DNA of 63,233 nucleotides, the filler included, from Bigelowiella natans CCMP2755 (taxonomy: Eukaryota; Protista; Cercozoa): NCBI GenBank assembly GCA_000320545.1. It is 3 parts of 3 records of this genome, joined end to end, with 100 filler letters (N's around TTAATTAATTAA, not from the genome) between each part and the next. Parts side by side here need not be neighbours in the genome. Positions count along the whole stretch, not along the records: positions 1 to 31,961 come from ADNK01003120.1; 2 more parts are not named here. The stretch is one strand, 5' to 3'. The notes under the pieces are model-generated. The model saw nothing but the letters and a program-made list of their open reading frames with translations. It was not told the origin of the DNA and did no database searches. Positions within the stretch are counted from its first letter, which is position 1. Each line of letters begins with the position of its first letter. Both the position numbers and the translations under genes were made by a program. Positions 1-14,717 of this stretch are shown here, one piece after another.

Positions 1-229
1 ATCATTGCCACCATCCTCAGGTGAGGCCGCGAGGAGCAGGGTTAGGCTCCATCGACGAAGCCGATCCGAATTTTGAACTCCGAGACTTTATCAACCCCCC
101 CCCACCAGCAGGTCGTTAGAATTGCAGCTGTGCTCGCATAGATTCTGTGTCTAAAATGGTTTTTTTTGTGGGGCATAAACATCCTCAACCTTTTTCCTTA
201 CATCAACTTAAATCAAAGCGCTGTTGCCA

Positions 230-269
<40 letters not shown>

Positions 270-337
270 ACATACTCACACACACACACTCACACACATG
301 CAAAACCTGACGTTCATGTATCTACGCGCAAATGCAG

Positions 338-1527
338 GAAGGCTCACTGCGCTACAGTACATCGAGAAAAAACTAGCGGCGAAGGGTAATTCTGAGCATG
401 TGCATATCTCTTTTTTGATGGACTCGTAAATGGAATTATATGAGGGAGGGCTGGTATCTATATATAATATTGAAATCTGACCGCCCACTGTATGATTCTT
501 TCTTTTTTCAATTTCTGTACTCTCTGCGTGTTCGTGTGCGTTGATAATCACGTAGGATTCAGCATGCGGGGTTTATCGTACAACAGCAGCAGAAACCATT
601 CCCTTGCACCAAGTGGGTTGATATGATGTTTTTTGACCGACTCTGCTTCTTGTGTCTTTCTCTTTCTACTCCCTTCTCTCTCCATGTCCTACACACCCAC
701 CCACCCACACACACACACCCATACACTCTTGGTGTCTCTTTAATCACTCCTCACTATACCTTGATGTCTCCCGCCATTATTTGTAAACACCATCAGACGG
801 CCAGCCCCTTCCTGGGTTCTCAAACTATCTGGTAGTTTCATTTCCAACACTAGCAGCAGCAGCGGCGGCGGCTAGGAGCATTGTTTTCTACGCACCTCTT
901 TCTGATAAATGCGCGCGTCCGTTTCCCCCCGCCGCCCTTGTTGTTGCAGACACGGAGGACGTTGGCCGACGACGGGTATGCATTTTGATCGAAGGATACC
1001 TTGATTCATGCTCCTAAACACAAGGGGAAAACCTCAATGGGGAGAGGGCACACCGAAATGGAAAGAGCGGGGCGTGTGTCTAACATCTACGTATGCTCTT
1101 TCACGATAGATTATGTTGTCCGTTAAAGCTTCGGTATCGCATAAGACTGTGCTCAGCCTGTCTCTTCCTACCTAGATTCCTCTCTGTGCCTCCGGATCAC
1201 GGGCCGTATGTGTACGCTGGCCAATCCGACGACCCGGAACAAGTAAAATGAACCACAAAATTATGTATAGAATGTCAGTGTTATCGCCATTAGCAACGGT
1301 GCAAGTTAGCGTTGCCGCCCTTTTTCTGATGACGCTCCTCTGCTCTTCCAAAGGATATACCGGCATTTACCAAGGATTCATGGCTTTACAAGCACCTCGT
1401 GGTAGCTGCATTCAGCCTGCAACTCACGCTGTGTCTTTCTCCATTTTTGCATCAATAGCTTGCTCCCCTACGCAATACGTGTAGATACGAATCGGAAGTG
1501 GACGAGAAGGGAAGAGGCTATGCGAGA

Positions 1528-1568
<41 letters not shown>

Positions 1569-1799
1569 AAGGGGAGGAGAGATGAATCCGCTTCAACTGG
1601 TCAATAGATCTGCGCCTATTTTCCCGTTATATCTGATTCCCCCTCCCCATCCCCCCCCCTTCCCGCGTATCTGTATCACCGACAGAACCAAGACTTCAAT
1701 CCCATTCAACGGCTTGGGTACAACAAAGGCCACCAACCTCTAGTTTGCTAGAAATATTAGGAATAGGCCTCAGAAGCGACAGTCCTTCGACTCCTTACA

Positions 1800-1833
<34 letters not shown>

Positions 1834-4106
1834 ATCGTTTCTTTCTTAGTGTTAAAGTGAAGCTGATTTAGTTAACACATCTTTTTCGGATCAATCAGGG
1901 ACAATTCGCTCGTTCGTCTACAAAGCGACCTGGCCATGGCAGTTGTGGCAGGGACTAACTCTGCAAAACATCCCCATCAGAGAAGAAAACCCGAAGACGA
2001 TGCCAAAAAAGACGCAGCTGAAGGAGAAGGAGAAGGAGGAGGAGGAGTAGGAGAAGAAGGGGGGGGGGAGGAAGATGGGTTCTATGATCACGGCGATGGT
2101 GGTGATGATGCAGCTGAAGATCCGAGGAGAACGAGGGATAGGAGTAAGTCTAGAGAATATCTTCGCTCGAAAGACACTTATGCGCAAGAAAACGGGAAAT
2201 TGGGCGCAGAGGCACGGGACAATGATGAAAATGAAAGTAGCAGCCGTCTCCACCAGTACACTGATGCCGCGTCTTATTCCGATGCTGCTTTTTCTGCTGC
2301 TGCCGCTGCTGCTGAGAATGCCGACGATGTGAGCGAAGGCGTGCAATTATTGGAGCAAAGCCGTAAGAGAGATGGAAGCACCACCGCTAACAACAACGAA
2401 GACAACGCGATTGACGACGATGCTGCTGCCGATGATGATAATGGGTGGAGTCAAGAGAAGGCCCTCCTCGACAAAATGGACCCCCGTAGACAGAAAAGAA
2501 AGCGAAGACGCAAAAAAGGGGTGGGGGGAGGGGCGGAGCGCTTATGGAGTGCTGACAGCGAAAGGCAGGCGAAGATTGACTGGAAAAACCTTCCTCGTGA
2601 TGAAGAAGGCCATGTGATTATTCCAGGGCCATCTCTACACGAGGATATCCGCAAACCGCGACGAAGCCAGGAAAAACGCGCTAAAGTCGAAGACAGCTAC
2701 GACAAACACAGTGTAATAATAATAAGGCTCAATACAATGCACCTCCTGTTCGTCAGTGAATGCTTTCCATAGTAGAAACAATGGCGATGTGGATGGGAGG
2801 GGCGTTCGACCAACATGAAGTCGATTTGTATTCAGAAATCCGTTCACCGTCGCGGTTTCCCTTATTCTCCTCTCTCTGCCTCCCCCCCCTTCCCCCTCCC
2901 CTTTAGGAGAGATTCAGACTCTCGGTCCTCAAACATGAACTCGCAGCGGCAAAGGGCGAGAGAGTAGAAACGTTGTCCCTCGACAGTAGAGCGGACAACG
3001 ACGAGGAGGAGGAGAGGAAGAGTCATGAGCATAATAGAGTTGGAGATTTCGCGCTTTTCCCTAATCATAGCAAGCAGGGCAGTGCATCTAGTATCACACT
3101 GAAGAATCCGGCTGATATGCAGGTGGGGACAATTCTCTCCGACATTTTCACAATTGAATCGATTGGCGGTGGTGGCACAAACAGGCCATTAAACACAAAC
3201 GCACTCACATACACACACTCACGCACACGTGCTAAGCCGCCCTGTTCGTAGGAGCAGATCGAGGCCATCCTCCGCCACAGCCATAATGTGGTAATAGCGT
3301 CGATACCCACGCTTCCTTTCCAGGGCGTTGTGTATTAAGGACATATGTGAATGTATAAAATGTGCACGCAAATGGAACAAGAATTCTCCCGCCTTCTTGC
3401 CCTCCCCCCCTTCTCCAATCACTTGTATACGATGTGAGCTTCGGTGTGGTGGCTCTGTTTCTGTCATTATCATCCTCCTCACCCCCTCGTCGTTGTCGTA
3501 GATCCAAAACTCCCTGTCGACGATGCGAGGGCTAATTTGTGAATCCGCGGTATGCTCTAATCTAACATGCATCAGCAATGCTGCATGCAGCATTGTGCGC
3601 GCGCGCACACAGACATAGAGACACATTTGGTATATTTGTACATGCGTGTAGATACTTAATAAATAAATCATCTTCTTCTGTGAATGCAGGGCCGTGTGCA
3701 GAAACTCGAGCAGAAACTTTGCCGATGGGAGTCCAATGTACGTCTGCGAGTAGAAGTTGCGCGTGCTTATGCGAGTTGTTAGTATGTGCGTGATAATTGC
3801 CACCATTTGCCAGGGGGAGATACTGACGATGGTGCAAATGATGTTAACCTGTCTTGTATCACTATTGAATTGGGCTCATTAGCTGATGCACCGTCAATTG
3901 GTTGTAAAACGTATTTTCACCTTCGCCTTCAACCCCCCCCCCCCCTTCCCCCCTCGCTTTTTTGATTTCCACTTTTTTTTTAAAATTCTAGATGGATAGA
4001 ATATCGAGGTACGGCGCAATGTCGAATGAGATACAGAAGCTTTCAAATCAGGTGAGATTGTAGAGACAAACGCGCTGGAAAAATGCGCAAGCACACACAC
4101 ACACAC

Positions 4107-4147
<41 letters not shown>

Positions 4148-4605
4148 AAATACAAATCGAAACGAGGATTATATTTGCACATTGTTGAAGAGGATTATCG
4201 TTCGTCATATCCATTGTATTAGCTACATTATCATGAATTAGATTCTTTGCGCGCAGGTATTCTCTCTGCAGAGGGAAAAGAGGAAGCTGCAGCATCAGTT
4301 GGACAATAAGATCGGCGCCGATAAGAAGAGAAGAAGAACCTACGAGGACGGAGCAGGCATCACCCTCCTACCACATAATCGTGATTATAATGATGATGAA
4401 AATGATGATGAGGGCGGTGGTGGTGGTTACACATTTGTGAGAAAGGGATAGAATTAAGATGTGTTTGCTTTGGAATGCTACGAACAGGCAGTTACGTTGA
4501 AGGCGAGGAAGTGGAGGTAGCATTGTCTGTTGGTCTTCGCTATTTATAGATCAAACACAAGCAGGCTTAGCACCTCACGTTCTCTCTCTCTCCTTTCTCT
4601 TTTAT

Positions 4606-4641
<36 letters not shown>

Positions 4642-5089
4642 TTTATATCCACATATATATGTAATATTATTATTTAATATACCTTGTGTGCGTGTTAATG
4701 TGCACGTAATTTAAAATGAAGGCTAACATCGACGGGCATTGGAAGAGCGCGAAGATATCCAAGATACAGCCACGGTGAGAGTAGCCATCATCTACTATCT
4801 TAACAACAAATCCGACGATCTAAAGCAGCTAAGAGCTGCTGGTGACAGAGTTTGTTCCCCCACCCCGATAATTTCCATCCCTCGTAGCCGCACATGTGTG
4901 GAAATCGAGGGCATTCCTGGCCGATTTTGGGACCAGAGGCTGCGCAGGGTCAACGTGAAATCGCCACCCGGAAACTTCCTGAGGATTACGCAGAATCATG
5001 TGACTAAGAACTACTTGCATTCGATAATAACTAACTGATGATCGTGTTCAAAATCAGCTTACGGTTCCAAAATCGATGCGTTATATATT

Positions 5090-5130
<41 letters not shown>

Positions 5131-5798
5131 CATTTTGTATAAAATTCTGGTTGTTTTCTCTTTACATTGTAGTAATCCATTTGGCAATGATTGCAAATGT
5201 GTATTCCCCACACCCCAAGACGTCGTTGTGGCAATCCTCACCGTCGTCATCCTCATCATCACCAGATTGATTATCTCCAAACTTCACAATTTCCTTCTAG
5301 ACGATAAGTGATTTGACGATGGGGGAGTCAATACACTCGCGCGCGAGGGACAACGGCATGCGGCAGGCAACAGCGCGTGCAAGCAGCAAGGGCGAGCGAA
5401 GAAGGCGTATCTTGGACAAGATCAGAGAATATAAGGTAGCAATTCAGGGAAGAACGATTCGATGATGCCAAGAGCATATAAAATGCTGAAAAAGCTATAT
5501 TGTCTACTCCTTTTACCCAGATGCAGATAGAGGGCCAAGCAGCTGGTGCTTACACCTCCAAAGATATGGTTTGGCAATTGGAAAAAAAGGCAGGAGAGGG
5601 GGGGGGGGGGGAGGAGCTTGGACTATGGGGATAAAAGTGGATTTTGTGCTCACAACCTTCTTTGTTTTGCTGCTGTGTGTGTGCAGGCCCAAGTCATCAC
5701 ATCCTATGTAAAGATAAGGTCAGAGTCATAATACGCAATTCGTACACACCTCCTCGCACAAACCCACGCGCGGGCAAAAGTATATGTGTACTTGGATA

Positions 5799-5845
<47 letters not shown>

Positions 5846-6370
5846 ATGTGCAGAGATGTAAAGGGCTGCATGGAAGGGCTCGAGCTTATGGAAAACCGCT
5901 CGCTTAACATTGTACGATTCAATGCTAAGATAACAAACGCCTCCACCTCCACTGCCAATTGAACAGCCAAAGACACACACACACACATCCACAACCATAT
6001 TAGCTCTAGCATCGTCTCTGCTTCCTTCCCCCCTCCCACCAAATATTTCCATCTCCCTCTTACACCTTCATTTTAACAGAGTTACGGGATTATTGAGTCT
6101 GTTCTCCATCTCGTTGCAAGGTAGCATTAATGAATCGTCACATGATAAACGGGACTGGAGGGCTTGTATGACTATCGCATTTTATGTTAAACGAGTGCTG
6201 GTCAGCTCGTATCGTGGAACTTGTTAGTATATTATATATATACTATTTATACCCAAATAGAAAAGGGGACTGGAAGGCTGCAGTCGCCATTGTGGAGGTA
6301 ACTTCCTTATTCGTTGCTTTCGGGTTCACTCTTCCATGGCAAATATTCTCTGCGTGTTTCAATATTTCTT

Positions 6371-6412
<42 letters not shown>

Positions 6413-6645
6413 TGTGTGTGTGTGTGGGGGGGGGGGGGGTAGTAAGGAGCGGGATTTTGGTATCTGCAAATTGCTACTCTCCCTCCCCACTCATCATTAT
6501 TGCACAAATGCAGTTGTTAGAGCGGCTTAACATGACGATGGTGGCAGCACCGGTGGGTGAGCAGAAGGCCACCAACAGCAGCGTTACAAGCATCTTTACC
6601 AATGCAACGGTAATTAGAAAGCTCCTCCACAAGGCGTGGTACCAG

Positions 6646-6682
<37 letters not shown>

Positions 6683-7437
6683 AGCTCATCGCATGAATGC
6701 TGCAAGGAGCACCTCTTTCATTTCTTCACAATGTTGCGTTGTATGTGTGTGTGTTGTGATTCTCTGTAGAACTTAGTGAATGAGCGTGTAGATCCTGCAG
6801 ATCGTCGCCAGGACTCTGAGTCCGAGGTAGTAGTAGTAGTAGTAGTAGTAGTAGCAGTATTGGTAAACAGTAGTAGGAGTAGTAGTATCATCCCTTTTGG
6901 CTTCTTCTATAGCCCCAACAACCATGGCAGCAGCAGCTGGAAGTAGTCGCAGCTGTTCTACTGCCGCATAAGATCTCTATGTGCTAGTAGGGGTGATGGT
7001 GGTGATTTCACGTTGTCTTCATTTCTGCGTTTTCCTCTCTGAACACAACCCCTTTCTTTCCACCCCCTCCCCCCCCTCCTCCCTCCTCTTCTCGCATTGT
7101 CAGGAGCGTTTGTTGGGCAGCTCTATCCTGTCCGAAATTATGTGGCGGAACATATCTCAGCTCTGTCTGGATAAGATTCGCAAACCGTTCCAACATAAGA
7201 AAGACAACGACGACCTGAGAGCCACTGCAAACGAGACAAGAGCAGTAATGCTGGCGGGCAGCTTGCCGCGCACCAATTCGTCTTTATTCACTTCGACTCT
7301 GCACGCGCATGAAAATAGCAGCAGAAGCACGAGAAATGAATCAGCGACCGGACAGCCGGAGGTGGTCTTATCTTGCATTTTTTGCTTTTATTTGTTTCTT
7401 TCTCTTTCGAGCTTCCTTGTATACGTTCAAATATTCG

Positions 7438-7480
<43 letters not shown>

Positions 7481-7889
7481 ACACACACGCGCGCGCATAC
7501 GCTTCCTCATGATTTATGGTTTACCACGCATGGAATTAATCGTAGGGACAATATCCATCGCGGCAGTACCTCACAGCCGCGCGGGCTTGCTGGAGAAGAG
7601 GGTAGAATGTGAATTGGCTAGAAGGAATGTCACAACCAGTGAAAACGCAATAACACACGAATTATTAGTTGATTTGTGCATATCCAATACTATGAGCTTT
7701 AACTGATACTGTCGTTGCCCAGAGCCTGGATTTCTGCTCTTTCCATACTCAAAGAAGCATTCCCCCACGAGGTCCAACGTGTGTGCGTGCTAGAAATAAC
7801 ACGCATGTTGCAATCTCTGCATGTTATCAAAGTGACTGTCCTTCCCGACACAATTTTCTCTTTCGGACCGCCATTTCATTCATCAAGAG

Positions 7890-7927
<38 letters not shown>

Positions 7928-8459
7928 CACGCATACACACATGCACGCACACACACACACATATGCACATGCACATATGCACATGCACCGCATATACTAA
8001 CATCCACGCGTACATGCTTGTCTGGTTGTAATCGCAGGTTGCTATGCTACGTGACGGGGTAATTGAATAATACTGGAATCGATCCAACACACTCGACGAA
8101 CATCGTGCTTCGCATGTCCTTTCACACTTTTGTTGTTGTTCTGAACGGCCTTCTCTATCAAGGTGCCGACCGGTCGATGGGTGCCTTGTCGCATCATCAA
8201 AACGGATGAGAAAGCGGAGGTCATTGGAGACGGTGGAGGAGGGGCAGGGACAACCCTCAAGATCACGGGCAATCATAGCAGCAGCAATCTGAACAGCACC
8301 GAGCCTACCATAGAAGGGGGTTGCACAGTGAGTTTGATTACAGGTGCTTGCTTAAATCAAACACCAGCAACGTGAACACATAAACATATATAATTATTTA
8401 CACATATATAATTGTTTATCATTTATATTTATATATGCAGAAACACACACACACATACA

Positions 8460-8512
<53 letters not shown>

Positions 8513-9300
8513 GAGATGAAAGCTCACATGTCTATTTTCTATTTTGTTAACACTTCTATCGTCCAACAACTACCACCACCAGGTCGCACAGGACCTGCAA
8601 GATTTTGCTACATCCGGCCGAAGTTTTGGGTAAAATTCAATGAAGTTTGCCCGCAGTCTTGTCTGTTACCCACGGTGTTTTTCGGCACGCAAATCTGCAT
8701 CTCAAATCGACACTATTTGATCAGAATGTCTCCAAGGAAGAGGTTCCGAGAGCACTGTTCCATCTTCGCCCCTCCTTCCTTGCTAGCAAGACCTTGTCCC
8801 TGGGAAGACGGGGTATGCGGTCGAAGCAGCGGCACGACGCCTCGAGTCAAGCAAATTCTAGCTCAAAGCGAAATCTCTCTACTAGATCAGTCTTTGGTAA
8901 AGATGTAAGAATGTGCTCACAAAAGCGGTCTCCTCTTCTCCAAAACCAACAAAGCAGCACTAACAACAGCTATTTCAATATAACGAGCCTAGGGACGGGA
9001 GGGGGGAACAGCGTGCTGCCAAGCAATACTCAAATCACTGCCAGCAACCCGCACGAAGTTATGATTGAACAGTACAAGAGCAACATGAGCGATCTGATGC
9101 TGCAGTTGGAGGCGCAGCTCGATAACTTGAACCAAAAGGTAGATGAGCTTCGGTCGCCCACGGGGTCAAATCAAGGCTGCAGTAACAATATCTCCAATCC
9201 GCAAAGCATGCCCCCCGGAGAACACCTTGGAATGATGAATGAAAGCTTGCCGAGAATGGGCGAAGACGTCGATGATTGTGGCCCAATCACGGTCGAATAA
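338..9300 (+). CDS. Multi-exon gene, 5' partial: acidic low-complexity region, Agenet/Tudor-like segment, PPR-like helical repeats, coiled-coil terminal exon
   Basis: Chain of GT-AG bounded exons. The large exon matches ORF 1936-2772. Exons 4488-4516, 4722-4774 and 4888 onward splice in phase to GSYVEGEEVEANIDGHWKSAKISKIQPRRTCVEIEGIPGRFWDQRLRR. Exons from 5687 to about 6530 splice in phase to AQVITSYVKIRDVKGCMEGLELMENRSLNISYGIIESVLHLVARKGDWKAAVAIVELLERLN, which has a PPR-like pattern. The terminal exon is probably within ORF 8647-9300. That all exons form one gene is inferred. Confidence 0.55.
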
Positions 9301-9959
9301 AATTACTGCAGTTGCTAGCTAGTTTTAAGCCTAATAGCGCCAGCAATTTTACTTCATCTTGTGCAAGATGCCAAAACATCGGAAAGAAAGGATTCAAAAC
9401 CTGCCTGTTTCTTTTATGCATGCAAGATACCGGATTCGTTGTCTGCTAAATACACAGAGGCGCCACCACAGTTAGCCTTGATAAAGGACTATACGTGTGT
9501 GAGAACTGTCCCCATTGAATTGTTAAACTTGAATCAATGATGAAAACCAACAATGGGCAACAACAGCAAAGCGAAAGTACGTGTGTTTGCTCATGCAGCA
9601 TCAAGTCTAGCAAAGACACGAGCAGCGACTGCATGCTGTGAGTGCAAATCAAATACTGCGACTAAAATCGCACTTATTGTGGTAGCGCACTTCATGCTAG
9701 TGTTAAATCATGTTAATGATATCAGCTATAATAAAGAAAATGGTTGGTACGATACGTAGCAATTAAATAAACACCGCAGCGTGCAAATAGATGCCTATAA
9801 TTATTCCTCTTAATCTAGCAATTTTCATGCGATCAAGTATGCGTATGCGCGCGCGCAAAAAACAAGAATTCTCTCAATGTAAAATTTATGTATTGATCAT
9901 TATTTCCTTCCTCATAGCTCAGATAACTTGGTCAATTGCTATATCAAGCTTTACTCGAT

Positions 9960-10495
9960 TCAGTTTAAGTCTTCATCAGTTTTTTCCTCTCCCACCAGCC
10001 CGCTATGGGTTGATGATGCGTCATCCTCATCAACATTCTTTCCATTCTCTTGTGTCTCGTTTTCGAAAGATATGAGATCCGCCTTAAACGCATCCACTTG
10101 TTTCTGCAGTTTCGCACACCGCTCACGGGCCTAGGAATAAACATGAGCAAAATGCGCGGGTAAGCTCGACTTGAGCACGAAGAAATTTCAACAATACTTC
10201 TGAAAAAATAATGATTTTCTCCTGCGAAGCAGCTACACGCTTAAAAAAACGACATCGTTGTACTTGCATTGAAATCATCACAGATTTCCAATCCCCTTGA
10301 TATACTTCCGATAAGGTATTACCACGGTCAGCTCAGCGTAGTTAGCATCACGTGAGGCTCTCAGATAAGTAATAGCTTGGGCCTCCTTTTGAGCTTCTTT
10401 GAGTGCCTTCACAGCATCTCTCAGTCTTTTTTTCAGCTGCAGTAGCAAAGCCAAAAGATAAACAATATGACGAGAAAGGAGCAGAAATATAGGGG

Positions 10496-10532
<37 letters not shown>

Positions 10533-12490
10533 CCTCTGTCGCTGTATGTGTGGGCGTGGGCACTTGTATCCGCAAAGTGTATGTCGAAATATTTTTCTGG
10601 TTACGTCAAAAAATTCTTGCTTCACTTCCTTCGCAGCCTCCACGGCCTAACAACAACAACTTTCGGCTTCACTAGCGGCAACAACTCGGTGAAAAAAATA
10701 GCCGTGCATAATGAAGAAATTTGCGCAAGAATCTTGCTGAAGACCTGCTCACCCAGCCGAACCTTTTTATCAATTTTGGCAAGGTCTATTGTGAAGCGCT
10801 GGATCTCGTTTTTTTTCTTCGCCTGATATCTTTGTGAAAACAGTGCCGCCATTTTAGCGTTTGGGTAGTGGTGCGAGTTTGTCGTAACGATATCCATGCT
10901 ACCCATACCTCTTGAATCTTTGAATATCTGTGACGTACTTGTTCTTCAGGAACTTGAACTTCGTCACTAGCTCTCCATATTTCTACACACAACGGACAAA
11001 CATGAAGCAAATATTCCAGGTCACAGCTTTGTAGCTCCACTAGAAACACAACTGCCGATGACCTTGTTCAGTTCTTCGACGAGGCCGCGCTTGGCTCCTT
11101 TTGCACTTTTGGCAAAGCCGACTGACTTTCTCAGCGTTTCCGTTTCTGTTTTTAGACGATTATTTTCCTCCTTAAGCCGAGAAACAATTACCCTATGCTT
11201 CTCTGCTTCTGCTCTAGCTTGGTCTCCCGACTTGATGGCAGAATCCAGATTAGCCTTAATCACACGCAGATGCTCCTCTAGCTCGCGCTCACGTGGTGTT
11301 GGGGGCTGGGAAGAGTCAACAGGGTATAGGCGGTCAACAACGCCCTTCTTCTGCCCCCGATAATCAACATCTTCTTCCTGTTTTATGTGCTGCTCGAGTA
11401 TTCGATGCACGTCATCTATATCAACCTCGCCATTAATCAGAGACGATATGGTCTCTCCGAAGGAGGTGGCATCTTTCTTTCCCGCTGTCTTTTTCTCCAG
11501 CCTCGGCCGAAGCCCGTTGCGTCGCGCCTCCCCATCACCATTGCCATCTTCCATGTCCATCCCCCTCCACCCCCACGAGGCAGTATGACCTTATTGTTCG
11601 AAGATGCCTCAAGATCCGAAAGCAGCAGCCATCGGAGCTCACGATGGAGGTGGCGGAGGTGCGGTTACACTCGTTGTTTCACGACTGCTCATGTCAGTTT
11701 CAAAAATAGGCACTGTGACAGGTGCACTTAGGCAATTTAATTCAGATGTTTTCGGCTTAAATAGGTTACAGTTTCGATTTTCCGTCGCGGCCACTGGTTT
11801 TTGTAGGAGAAAAGCGCAGCATGAGCGTATCACGTAAGTAAATAAGGCGAGCTGCTGTGTCGCAGGTCTTTTTTATGCGAAGAACTTCCATTTTATGGGA
11901 TCCGAAGATGTGCTCTCTGGGTTCCGCAGGGCCTCGCCGTTACCGCTCGGAATACCCCTTCGTATCCTGGAGTGAAGTGTAGAGAGGGAGAGTGCTCCTC
12001 TGCTCTGCTCCCCCCCCCCCCCCTTCACCCCTCCCCCTTGAATCAAAGCCACCTGTAATGGCCTTTGCAAACGGTGGGAGGAAGAAGAGCCCGAGAAGTG
12101 GCTCCTCATCACCATCGTCGATGTGGAGGTGAGCATGTCTAAACTCGCGTTCGTGCATGGACTCGGATCACATTGTTCTCGGGGGGGGAGGGGGGGAAGG
12201 AGAGATGGAGATGAAGTTACACACAGAAAAAAGGCAGTGTGATGAGATAGACGATGTCAATTTGTTTGCAGTCTAAAAAAGCCCAGACGTAAGTCTCTCT
12301 TGAGGACTAGCAAGACCTCCATGGACTCTCCCCATAGCAGAAGGGAAGGACCCAGCTTCTTGCCGAAGAAGGGGAAAAGCTTCACGAAACGGTGCACTTA
12401 CACAATGGTTTCCCAGAGACAATCTCTTGCTCCTGGAATCAGAATAATCCACTCCTACAGCTTTTCGCGAGCGCTTTCCTCCTTTTCCGC

Positions 12491-12524
<34 letters not shown>

Positions 12525-13078
12525 TCCATTATCATAATCGTCACATGCATGCCGATAACCCGTACGCAGCCCTAGGAGTGGCTCAGCAAAGAGCTCTAAA
12601 AAAGACACGGTCCTCGAGGAATTCAATGCCGTCGTTGACCAGGTTCCCACACCTTTCGGACTGCTGCTACGTCGGAGAGTCGTACGCACTCTGTTAATGC
12701 TAGAAACATATATATTCAAAGGTGAAGAAACTCCGACGGCGTCTCGCAAAAATCCTGGATGGAAGGTTCTCTACCACCCTCAATAGTATTCTCATTCCCT
12801 GTAAAACCCCGTCCTTACAGTATAAACTATGAAGAATCTCTTCATCCCTTCATGCCTCCTCTCGCCACCCCCTTTTAGGACCAAGAATGACGTAGCTTCC
12901 CAATGTGAGACTCTTCGGATGAGATCCGTGCTCCTGGAGAAGCGCCTGCCTTTCTTAGGTATGGCAACCACGGTTCAGGATATCAAAACCAGCAGCATAT
13001 ACGCTGAGAGATAAATCCCATCATTTGAGGGCAGTTTTTTCTTGATGTATGGGTTCAACGACTAGGGAAGACGATCTC

Positions 13079-13109
<31 letters not shown>

Positions 13110-13446
13110 TTATATGCATTTCGTCCTATATTTGGCAGTACACACATTGTGGTTGGGGATGCTGTCCTGTTGATGCCATCGCCGCATATGTAGGTCTGAT
13201 GCTAGCGAACGAGACTCACGGCACGGAATCAGCGAGAAAGGAGAAGATACTGAGCTCTATACACCAGTAGCTTTCGTGACGCTAAATCTGTCGCTCTACT
13301 CTTTCTACCCATAATTTCCTCTTCTCGTCTCCTCATCAGTTGGCTCAAGAAGTTCAGGATGAAGCTACAGTTACTTGGCGATATACGTAATATTGTTCGC
13401 ATGCTATGCCAGATGCCAAAAATATAATACTCTCTCTCTCTATCTC

Positions 13447-13507
<61 letters not shown>

Positions 13508-13753
13508 TTTCTTCTCCCATGCACTGACCCTCCGATTTGATTGGTATATGAATGCAGAATCGTCTCCTTCGAGAGTCGACGTATCGCTTCCACAACTGCC
13601 TAACCTACTTGAATCCTTCTCGGTGAGAGATGACCATTCAGTTATAGTCTTTATCGGGTTTTGCGTATGCAAAAACACGGCTGGACTCTTTAAGCGTGTC
13701 TTTATATTGTGCTCTTTCACTTTCTTTCTCCCCTCCCTCTCTCTTAACACACA

Positions 13754-13822
<69 letters not shown>

Positions 13823-14020
13823 TATATGAGTACTGTTCCACTTTTGCACGTTACCCCTTCCTTCTGCAGCCGAGGGAGCAAAATCTGAAGAATCCGCATG
13901 ATAAGAGGGAGAGCGACTTGAAATACCCTGTAGCAACGAAACCTATATTGAGGTTGTGCATAGCATCGGGAAAGGCACAAATATTTGCGAAAAACATGAG
14001 TTCGGAGTCCTAATATTAAT

Positions 14021-14058
<38 letters not shown>

Positions 14059-14075
14059 GTACACACATTCATATG

Positions 14076-14112
<37 letters not shown>

Positions 14113-14300
14113 CTATACCTTTGTGCGTGTGTGTGTGTTTGTCTACATTTTGTACTTGTACGGTATCAGGGTGCTCATCGTGAGAGCAGTAGGCCTCCAA
14201 GGCGAGGTAGTATTGAGTCTTGATTGCCGTCATTCTGCTTGTCAATGTGTACTACACAAATGCTACCATCGGTCGCTTTACTCTGCGAGCGTGGTTCAAC
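9960..14300 (-). CDS. Multi-exon hypothetical protein with Ser-rich N-terminus and long C-terminal coiled coil
   Basis: ORF 11021-11560 (RERELEEHLRVIKANLDSAIK...LKEENNRLKTETETLRK) plus downstream exons QAKKKNEIQRFTIDLAKIDKK, EAAKEVKQEF, LKKRLRDAVKALKEAQKEAQ and last exon ARERCAKLQKQVDAFKADL...DEDLN* with the stop at 9960-9962. The 5' boundary is approximate. Confidence 0.55.
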
Positions 14301-14717
14301 TGATTTCCAAACTGGCAATTAGGGAGAATACGAGGTCAAGATGGAAACTGCGCTCTTCACAGCATCGACCCCAGGCATGCCGTGTTTGCCTTCACTGCTC
14401 CATTTTTTTCGTGTTGTTATAACCCTAAAATACAATTACATATTTTGACCATTAGCGGTTGGGAGAGCAAAGCGGCATATCTGGGACTACTGGTCAGTTG
14501 CAGCTAACACACACCGCTGCCTGTAAGGGCCTTCTCCAATCATCCACAAGGAGTACATGTAGTAGCGATTTAGGGTCGGAACAGAGAAATGTCTAGCCGT
14601 AATTCAGTAATAAGAAGCGCATAACAGCTTCGAAACATCGCAGGATTGTGGAGGGGGGGCGGCAGAAGCAAGTTCTTCTATTTGCCACTGCGTTGAAACA
14701 TTTTCATTGCTTTGGCT

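Noticed and set aside
147-835. Short ORFs with HTHT, ERER, YIYI, CVCV or LSLS runs, here and throughout
   Set aside because: These are translations of intronic dinucleotide microsatellites.
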